DNA of 64,000 bases from an uncultured Bifidobacteriaceae bacterium (GTDB lineage Bacteria > Verrucomicrobiota > Verrucomicrobiia > Limisphaerales > UBA11358): assembly GCA_964655855.1 (NCBI GenBank), contig CAZZPE010000002.1, forward strand, positions 89,076 to 153,075, written 5' to 3'. Positions 57,600 through 64,000 of the stretch are shown here, in pieces. The first letter of the stretch is position 1; each line of letters begins with the position of its first letter. The translations under genes and the position numbers were made by a program. The notes beneath the pieces were generated by a model. It had not been told where the DNA came from, made no database searches, and saw only the letters and a program-made list of their open reading frames with translations.

Positions 57600-58271
57600 T
57601 TGGACGTCGTGCTCATCGCATTCCACAAACCGTTCGGCGTCCTGTCGCAATTCACCGGCGACGGCTCGCCCAACCGCACGCTGGCGGAATTCGGCTTTCC
57701 GAAAAATGTTTATGCCATCGGGCGGCTTGACGCGGATTCGGAGGGCCTGCTGCTCTTGAGCGACGAGCCGGCTTGGAACGAAAGGCTGCTGCATCCGCGC
57801 CACGCGCACGAACGCGAGTATTGGGCGCAGGTCGAAAGAATCCCCACGCGCGAGTTGCTGGACAAATTGCAGCAGGGCGTTTTGGTTCAAGGCCGGAAAA
57901 CGCTGCCGTGCCGCGCGTGGATTCTGGAGCCGCAGCCTGAAATTTCATCGGTAGCAGCCGACGTGAGTCGGCTCCAAAATCCGAATGATCAGAGCGGACT
58001 CACGTCCGCTGCTACAAACATAATAATTCCCCCGCGCAACCCGCCCATCCGTTTCCGCAAGAGCGTGCCGGATTGCTGGATTGGCTTGGAGCTGATTGAG
58101 GGCAAGAACCGTCAGGTCCGGCGGATGACGGCGGCCATCGGCCATCCGACATTGCGGCTCGTGCGTGTCCGCATCGGAAATTTCCGGCTGGGCAATCTGC
58201 CGCCGGGACAGTGGAAGATTCTCGACGAACAGGATCGCAGGCTAATTGACGACGCCGGTCCGCAGCGGTAA
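57600..58271 (+). CDS. rluE: RluE/RsuA-family 23S rRNA pseudouridine synthase
   Basis: FHKPFGVLSQF, GRLDADSEGLLLL, PRNPPIRFRKSVP, GKNRQVRRMTA. TTG start. Carries an in-frame family B repeat. Confidence 0.8.
   Translation: MDVVLIAFHKPFGVLSQFTGDGSPNRTLAEFGFPKNVYAIGRLDADSEGLLLLSDEPAWNERLLHPRHAHEREYWAQVERIPTRELLDKLQQGVLVQGRKTLPCRAWILEPQPEISSVAADVSRLQNPNDQSGLTSAATNIIIPPRNPPIRFRKSVPDCWIGLELIEGKNRQVRRMTAAIGHPTLRLVRVRIGNFRLGNLPPGQWKILDEQDRRLIDDAGPQR
57951..58015. repeat. REPIN-like inverted doublet (family B) inside rluE
   Basis: gtagcagccgacgtgagtcggctc-caaaatccgaatgatcaga-gcggactcacgtccgctgctac; translated as SVAADVSRLQNPNDQSGLTSAATN. Confidence 0.85.
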
Positions 58272-58280
58272 ATTTCCCAC

Positions 58281-59297
58281 ATGATTGAAGTTGCAGAGAT
58301 TCATCCACGGGGCGCGATGACCAGGGAAAAGTTCGAGCCGCTGGCGAAGGAAATCTTCACGCTGAAAAAGCAGCTTAACGCCGTCATCCTCGCGCACAAT
58401 TACCAGGTGCCGGAAATACAGGACGTGGCGGATTTCGTGGGCGATTCGCTCGGTCTGGCACAACAAGCGGCCAAAACAGGCGCGGATGTTATCGTTTTCT
58501 GCGGCGTGCATTTCATGGCGGAGACGGCGAAGATTTTGAACCCCAACAAAATCGTGGTGCTGCCGGACAAGGACGCGGGCTGTTCGCTGGAAGAAAGCTG
58601 TCCGGCGGAAAAATTGGCGGCGTTGCAGGCGACCAATCCCAATTTCTGGACGATTGCCTACATCAACTGCAGCGCGGCGGTGAAGGCGCTGTCCGACGTC
58701 ATCGTGACGAGCGGCAACGCGGAGAAAATCGTCAACGCCGCGCCGAAGGATCGTGATCTGCTTTTTGTGCCGGACGAAAATCTCGGCCAATGGGTGACGG
58801 AGCAGACGGGCCGGCCGATGACGTTGTGGAAGGGCAATTGCTACGCCCACGTCGAGTTCCAATGCGAGCAGGTGCTGGCGGCCAAGCGGCAGTTTCCCGA
58901 CGCGAAAATCGTGGTTCATCCGGAAAGCCTGCGCGCGGTGCGCGACCTGGCGGACGCGGTCTGCTCTACGGAGAAAATGATTTCATTCTGCAAAACGGAC
59001 CCGGCGCGGCGGTTCGTCATCGTGACGGAATCGGGCATCATCCACCGGATGCAGAAGGAATGCCCGGGCAAGGAATTCTTGTGCGCGCCGACATTTGACG
59101 CGATGCGCGCGCCGACCGACCCCTGCCGGTGCAGCGAGTGCAAATTCATGAAAATGAACACGCTGGAAAAGGTGCGCGACTGCATGAGGAACCTCGCGCC
59201 GCGAATCGAGCTGCCGCCGGAAATTTTGCAGCGGGCGCGGCTGCCGATTGAGCGGATGCTGAAGATATCGGCAAAGCCTGTTGAAAACGCGGGGTAG
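58281..59297 (+). CDS. nadA: Quinolinate synthase
   Basis: AVILAHNYQVPEIQDVADFVGDSL, CGVHFMAET, YINCSA, VHPES motifs. Alternative start at 58317. Confidence 0.85.
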   Translation: MIEVAEIHPRGAMTREKFEPLAKEIFTLKKQLNAVILAHNYQVPEIQDVADFVGDSLGLAQQAAKTGADVIVFCGVHFMAETAKILNPNKIVVLPDKDAGCSLEESCPAEKLAALQATNPNFWTIAYINCSAAVKALSDVIVTSGNAEKIVNAAPKDRDLLFVPDENLGQWVTEQTGRPMTLWKGNCYAHVEFQCEQVLAAKRQFPDAKIVVHPESLRAVRDLADAVCSTEKMISFCKTDPARRFVIVTESGIIHRMQKECPGKEFLCAPTFDAMRAPTDPCRCSECKFMKMNTLEKVRDCMRNLAPRIELPPEILQRARLPIERMLKISAKPVENAG

Positions 59298-59359
59298 AAT
59301 ACACCCGACAGGCTTTTGAGTGAATGGGGAGGACGCCGGGATGTGGCACTCAAAAAACT

Positions 59360-59806
59360 TCAGTGGGGCGTTCCATACTTGTGAACCGGTCTGTCGTGCA
59401 AAACTCCTTCTGGCAATTCCTCGGTGGCAGCAGGACGGCGAATGCGCGATAAACTTTCCGGCATTATGGAACGCTGCTGCGATAAAGTTTTTTCTGCCGG
59501 TGCGGCTTTAGGCGCTGTGGCCAGCCACGGCTCGACGTTGATTCCCAGCCCGCGCAATTCTTCTTCAAAATAACGCACCACTGCCGCAACAACATCAGGG
59601 GAAACCCTGCCGCTGCCGGTCTCAAGGCGCGAAAGATAAAACTGCGAAATCTCCAGCTTGCCTGCCAGCTCCTGCTGAGTCATCTCCGCATCTTCGCGCA
59701 ATTTCCGAACCGCCGCGCCGATCAACACCACGTCGCCAATGGCGTCGTAAGCCTTGCGATACGCAGGCTTTTGCGAGAGCCGCTGGTGCAATTCAGACAG
59801 GTTCAT
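59360..59806 (-). CDS. XRE-family helix-turn-helix transcriptional regulator
   Basis: LREDAEMTQQELAGKLEISQFYLSRLETG is a classic HTH_3 segment. Confidence 0.7.
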   Translation of the reverse strand: MNLSELHQRLSQKPAYRKAYDAIGDVVLIGAAVRKLREDAEMTQQELAGKLEISQFYLSRLETGSGRVSPDVVAAVVRYFEEELRGLGINVEPWLATAPKAAPAEKTLSQQRSIMPESLSRIRRPAATEELPEGVLHDRPVHKYGTPH

Positions 59807-59877
59807 AACATTTCCCGTTGCCCGCTAAAATACATCTCCTTGCGCCGCTTTGCGAGTGTAGCGGGCGCGGCGAATGT

Positions 59878-59916
59878 TTCTCCCTCTCCTTGGAGGAGAG
59901 GGCCGGGGTGAGGTCG
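59878..59916. repeat. Family F hairpin element (ctctcc/ggagag + ggtgagg)
   Basis: ttctccctctccttggaggagagggccggggtgaggtc. Further copies at 60371-60407, 60488-60527, 60553-60595, 60668-60712, 62330-62390 and 63006-63065. Confidence 0.8.
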
Positions 59917-59925
59917 AGTGTTGAA

Positions 59926-60321
59926 CTAACTTTTGTTTTCCGCCTTCATCGGCCTCGTATATTCCGGCAGCGGATGCGGCGCGCGGGACTGCAATTCGTT
60001 GAAAACGGTGTCGCGGATGCTTTGGGCATTGCGACGCAGATGCGAATTCCAAAAACGCAGCGTCTTGATGCCGCGCGATTGCAGAAATTTTTCCCGTTCC
60101 GAGTCGTGTTTCCGCTGGTCGGGAAAACCGTGCTGGCTGCCATCCAGTTCCACATTCAACTCCGCCTCCTCGCAAAAGAAATCCAGGTAATAATCGCCGA
60201 GCGGATGCTGGCGGCGGAATTTGTAGCCGCTGAACCGCCGGTCACGCAGCCAGCGCCACATCAGTTTTTCCGCCCAGGTTTCATCCTTGCGAAGCTGGCG
60301 GGCGCGGGCGATGTCGGCCAT
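59926..60321 (-). CDS. DUF559 (Vsr-like endonuclease fold) protein
   Basis: ARQLRKDETWAEKLMWRWLRDRRFSGYKFRRQHPLGDYYLDFFCEEAELNVELDGSQH matches the DUF559 signature. Confidence 0.8.
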   Translation of the reverse strand: MADIARARQLRKDETWAEKLMWRWLRDRRFSGYKFRRQHPLGDYYLDFFCEEAELNVELDGSQHGFPDQRKHDSEREKFLQSRGIKTLRFWNSHLRRNAQSIRDTVFNELQSRAPHPLPEYTRPMKAENKS

Positions 60322-60365
60322 GACGGGAATTTAGGAAATGACAATTGATCTGAAAAGTTTGTTTT

Positions 60366-60742
60366 GACGCTCGCCCTCACCTAAATCCTCTCCCCCGGGG
60401 AGAGGACTTCAGCAATCACGCTCTTGGTGATTCGATGAAGCTCCGGCCAGTCCCGCCGCTCGTATTTCCAAAGACGCGGCGAATGTTCCTCCCTCTCCTC
60501 GGAGGAGAGGGCCGGGGTGAGGTCGGTTGTAAAATCCAGTTTATCTTGGTGGACGCCCGCCCTCACCTTTTATCCTCTCCCCCAGGAGAGGAAATCACCA
60601 TTGGACGTTTCTGGTTTTGCGGATGACCGTCCGGCCAATCCCGACGCTGGTTTTGCCAAAGACGCGGCGCGCGTGGCTCCTTCTCCTTGGGGAGAAGGCC
60701 GGGTTGAGGGAGAACGTAAAACTAATTTTGAAGTTTGTGTTT
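60366..60742. repeat. Tandem duplication of an about 185-bp unit, each bounded by inverted family F elements
   Basis: Unit 1 is 60366-60550, unit 2 is 60551-60742. Shared internal core ccggcca(g/a)tcccg.cgct.gt.ttt.ccaaagacgcggcg. Confidence 0.7.
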
Positions 60743-60858
60743 GACGCCCGCCCTCAAACGTGGCGCGGGCGTTTGGCCATGACGCGGCAGGCGGTGGGCG
60801 AAATATCAACGCCAATCCTGCCATTTGACAAAACATACCCCATTTCAGAAAATGCGGA

Positions 60859-62019
60859 ATGGTCAAAAATTGGTTTCAACGGAAAGAGAACCAGCCCGCG
60901 CTTATCACTTCTACGGGGGCGATTATCGCTGCCATCATTGCGGGATTGTTTCTATGGGGAAACGGGTGCTTTTCCAAAACGCCCCCGCCCGCCCCCGCCA
61001 ACACGAATGCCATTAAGGCAGATGGACAGGCAACAGTGAACGTATCAAATCGGAACGATGACCATTCGCAACACATCAATAATTTTTACATTTCGGGAAC
61101 TGGTTATGTTGTCGTGTCTTTGGGGATTGTAGCAGTTTTGTTTTTTGTCGTTCGCTCCCGTTCTCAGTCCAAAACAGAAAAGTCCGAACCCCCAAAAGAA
61201 ACCCCCGCCCCAAGGGAGCTAGCGCCTAGTGAAATTAGAACGCAATCATTAATGGATTGCTTTTCCAAACTCGTGGGAGTCACCACGGCGTTTAAAAATT
61301 ATGTCTGCTATATGCCTGACGAAGAAGAACGGGCCAAAAATAGAGACAACTATGCAAAAAAATTTCGAGGATTTGAAAACGACCTTAAAACAAATTTGTT
61401 CGTTCCAGCGCCTATCAAAAGCCAAATCAAATCTCTTTTAGACGAAATCGAGCGTCAAGTTTCGCACTACATTACCAGCATAGAAACAACTGCACGACCA
61501 ATCAGCAACAAGAATTACCGTGAATCTTTGGAAATTTCAGACTTCGCAAAAGAAGCGTGCCCGCTCCGATTGAAAGCAATCGAGAAAGAATTTCATATCC
61601 TATTGCATCCATCGGGAAACATCCCAAGCATTGATACGGTTAATACCGTCAAAGCTCTATATCCAAAGTTGATCGCGTTAAGGGCCGCATACGACAATTA
61701 TCGGCAAATGATGGAGCCACCATCACGAGATAAGAACTTTAAGGAATTGAAGAAATGCTTTGACGACGCTTACAATTCCTTTTCTGATAACCGCCTATAC
61801 CTTAACGAGACGACCACCGAAAACGTTAATAAAGTATTGACGTTCGTGAACGCCTCTACCACGCAGTTCAGAATGGCCCTAACGGAAGCTGAATCAGATT
61901 ACAGAAACGAAAATGAAAGAGGCACGCTTTTTACCACACACTTTCAAACCGATAATAGCATTCCTACCCTTTACGCGATTATGGAAAGAGATTTTAAGCG
62001 GGTGTTAGGCATAACGTGA
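60859..62019 (+). CDS. Orphan AT-rich protein with two N-terminal TM helices and a helical C-terminal domain
   Basis: TMs ALITSTGAIIAAIIAGLFLW and GYVVVSLGIVAVLFFVV. No recognisable motif. Composition unlike the flanks. Confidence 0.5.
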   Translation: MVKNWFQRKENQPALITSTGAIIAAIIAGLFLWGNGCFSKTPPPAPANTNAIKADGQATVNVSNRNDDHSQHINNFYISGTGYVVVSLGIVAVLFFVVRSRSQSKTEKSEPPKETPAPRELAPSEIRTQSLMDCFSKLVGVTTAFKNYVCYMPDEEERAKNRDNYAKKFRGFENDLKTNLFVPAPIKSQIKSLLDEIERQVSHYITSIETTARPISNKNYRESLEISDFAKEACPLRLKAIEKEFHILLHPSGNIPSIDTVNTVKALYPKLIALRAAYDNYRQMMEPPSRDKNFKELKKCFDDAYNSFSDNRLYLNETTTENVNKVLTFVNASTTQFRMALTEAESDYRNENERGTLFTTHFQTDNSIPTLYAIMERDFKRVLGIT

Positions 62020-62412
62020 ACTAAAAAGGTGCGCGGCATAGTCGCAGTGATAATAAAAGCTGCCGGTCTTTTTGAGGACGCGCGCCAGTTGTTCGCAGCG
62101 CGGGCGCATGTAGTCAATGTAAGCCGTGGTGGATTCGTGGCGGTCGTCAAACCGCCGCTTCTCGCTCGTCTCCGGCCAGAAGATTTCGTAGTTGCGGTTG
62201 GAATTGAACGGCGGGTCAATGTAAATCAAATCCACGCAGCCGTCGGGCAGCTTCTTGAGCTGGTCCAGATTGTCGCCGCAGTAGATGACGCGGGTGTCGA
62301 GGAGGGGGCTGGGCTTCGCGATTGTTTTGCCCGCCCTCACCCCGGCCCTCTCCCCCGGGGAGAGGGTGTCCGCAGGACGGGTGAGGGGTTCTGCGTCTGC
62401 TTTCTTTGCCAT
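62005..62412 (-). pseudogene. Truncated N4/N6 DNA methyltransferase (N-terminal fragment only)
   Basis: VIYCGDNLDQLKKLPDGCVDLIYIDPPFNSNRNY (DPPF motif IV region), then ...GSFYYHCD. The ORF ends where AT-rich DNA begins. A family F repeat is translated near its N-terminus. Confidence 0.7.
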
Positions 62413-62604
62413 GCGCGAAGATTAGGCAACAGCGGGGGCGGCGTCAACGGGGCGGCTCATAAGTTTTTTCTTGCGCGACGGGACAGGCAGGATTAGAACC
62501 CTTTTCACACCACGCCGGATGACGGGGTGTAGCGGGTAAAAATATAATCAGTTTTCCGGCACGGGCTTTTGCCTGCGGGTTCTGGCCGGATGGAGAATTG
62601 AAAA

Positions 62605-62988
62605 ATGAGCTATATTGACCCTGATCTATTACACGGTGCCCTGACGGACGTGGGAACCTTCATCACCAACAATTCGGCGGCCATCACGGCGGGCGGCGTG
62701 ACGGTGGCCTCGCTCTCCACCAAGGCGACGGCCATCCAGACGAGCCTTTCCGGCACGAAAGGCATCCGCGATCAGCAGAAGGCGGCGCTGGCCGTGGCGC
62801 AGCAAAACTTTGCCGCCAGCGCGGCCACGAATTACACGGCGTTCAGCGATTTGATTGACACGCTGGCGGGCGCGGTGGGCAAACACACCCCGGCGGGCCA
62901 ACAGGTGCTGGGCTATCGCACCCATGTGACGGGCGGCAGCCACCATGCCAAGGCCACGCCCGCCACCGCTGCCGCCACGGCAAAATAA
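62605..62988 (+). CDS. Hypothetical Ala/Thr-rich protein
   Basis: 127-aa ORF with ggagaa Shine-Dalgarno and a downstream hairpin plus T-run. No motif. Confidence 0.4.
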   Translation: MSYIDPDLLHGALTDVGTFITNNSAAITAGGVTVASLSTKATAIQTSLSGTKGIRDQQKAALAVAQQNFAASAATNYTAFSDLIDTLAGAVGKHTPAGQQVLGYRTHVTGGSHHAKATPATAAATAK

Positions 62989-63005
62989 GACGTCTAAAGC
63001 GTCTG

Positions 63006-63072
63006 ACCCTCACCCCGTCCCTCTCCCATCCGATGGGAGAGGGTGGCCGAAGGCCGGGTGAGGGTTTTTCTC
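63006..63072 (+). terminator. Family F nested hairpin doubling as a terminator candidate
   Basis: accctcaccc-cgtc-cctctccc-atccgat-gggagagg-...-gggtgagggt, followed by ttttctc. Confidence 0.55.
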
Positions 63073-63097
63073 GTAAGTGCCTCATCCTCAAGCAGAA

Positions 63098-63360
63098 GCG
63101 CGGGGGCTATTTTCAACTCCCCCCTCGCTTTTTGCAAAGTCCCCGGCGCTTTTTGGACAGGCGGCGGGAGAGCTGGCATCGGCGTGGGGGACTTTGGCAA
63201 AGGAAACGGGGGAGCTGGCACCGGCGGGGTCGCCTTTGGCACCGGCGACGGGGGCTTTCGGAAAGGCGCGGTCGCCGACGGCAGGGGCGAGGGGAAAGTT
63301 CGCGCCGGCGCGGGGGCTTTTTCAAAAGGCCGGGTCGCCTGCGCGGACGGCACGGGGGAG
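63098..63360. repeat. Degenerate about 21-bp tandem array, G-rich, about 12 units (array 3)
   Basis: Units such as gggggactttggcaaaggaaac / gggggagctggcaccggc / gggtcgcctttggcaccggcgac / gggggctttcggaaaggcgc / gggggctttttcaaaaggcc. Confidence 0.65.
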
Positions 63361-63370
63361 AATTTGGACT

Positions 63371-63439
63371 GCGGCGACACGTCGCCGCTTTCCCCGACGC
63401 GACATGTCGCGTCGAACCAAAGCGCGGACTTGTCCGCGC
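63371..63439. repeat. Three 18-nt palindromes, two perfect and one with central mismatches (family A hairpins)
   Basis: Perfect: gcggcgacacgtcgccgc (63371-63388) and gacgcgacatgtcgcgtc (63396-63413). gcgcggacttgtccgcgc (63422-63439) has 7-bp arms around a non-complementary cttg centre. tttgg/ccaaa closes the first two. Confidence 0.85.
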
Positions 63440-63447
63440 CTTCCAGA

Positions 63448-64000
63448 TTACAAATTCACAATCGCCGGGTCGCCGTAAAGGGTGAATGAACCGGCGCGGG
63501 TGATTTTCACGTCCATGAGCCGGCCGCGATGGCGGTCGGCGCCGTCGAACAGGACGATTTTGTTGCAGCGCGTCCGGCCGGTCATCCGCGCCGCATTTTT
63601 CCGGCTCGGCCCCTCCACCAAGATCTGCACCCGCCGCCCGATGAATTTTGCGTATTTCCGCGCGGCGATTTCGTTGACGAGTTCGAGCAGCCGGCGGTTG
63701 CGCTCCTCGCGGATTCTTTGCGGGACCTGATCGGGCATTTCGGCGGCGGGCGTGTCGCGGCGCGGCGAGTATTTGAAGATGTAGGCGTTGTCGAATTCCA
63801 CCTCGCGCGCGAGCGAAAGGGTTTGCTCAAAATCCTCCTCCGTCTCGCCGGGAAAGCCGACGATGATGTCCGTCGTGATGCCGATTTCCGGCCTGGCCCG
63901 GCGCAATTTTTTGATAATGCCAAGGAAGCGTTCGCGGGTGTAGCCGCGGTGCATCAGTTTCAAAACGCGGTCGCTGCCGCTCTGCACGGGCAGATGCGCG
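63448..64000 (-). CDS. miaB: tRNA methylthiotransferase MiaB; C-terminal part, gene continues beyond the window
   Basis: ...[36 protein letters not shown], and a TRAM domain ([15 protein letters not shown]...). The reading frame stays open to position 64000. Confidence 0.8.
   Translation of the reverse strand, partial: AHLPVQSGSDRVLKLMHRGYTRERFLGIIKKLRRARPEIGITTDIIVGFPGETEEDFEQTLSLAREVEFDNAYIFKYSPRRDTPAAEMPDQVPQRIREERNRRLLELVNEIAARKYAKFIGRRVQILVEGPSRKNAARMTGRTRCNKIVLFDGADRHRGRLMDVKITRAGSFTLYGDPAIVNL

Overview
High-GC chromosomal segment. Gene content and repeat families suggest a PVC-superphylum, Verrucomicrobiota-like organism, but that is inference only. Most of the window is housekeeping: prmC, murA, lptE/bamD-like genes, xseA, smc, a complete F1Fo ATP synthase operon (atpBEFHAGDC), gluQ, a GH51 arabinofuranosidase, aguB, HU, gltX, three tandem CNNM/CorC transporters, acpS, pdxJ, comEC, folB, rluE, nadA and a miaB fragment. 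I found no rRNA, tRNA or CRISPR array. Three visibly AT-richer accessory patches interrupt the core. The first (10.3-14.5 kb) is an operon of three membrane proteins that share an N-terminal GYF_2 domain. The second (38.9-41.1 kb) holds a REP-flanked IS200-like Y1 transposase between two diverged copies of the gltX 3-prime end, followed by an HNH endonuclease. The third (59.3-63.4 kb) is a decayed islet with an XRE regulator, a DUF559 gene, a truncated DNA methyltransferase and an orphan AT-rich membrane protein. The most unusual signal is non-genic. At least six families of structured repeats occur in the window, and several sit in frame inside conserved housekeeping genes (prmC, pdxJ, rluE, xseA, gluQ). 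A composite element, made of about 12-16 degenerate 21-bp tandem units followed by two or three GC-rich hairpins (perfect palindromes in two copies, shorter stem-loops in the third), occurs three times next to accessory genes. All coordinates and motifs were read by eye. No similarity search, GC calculation or folding was run.
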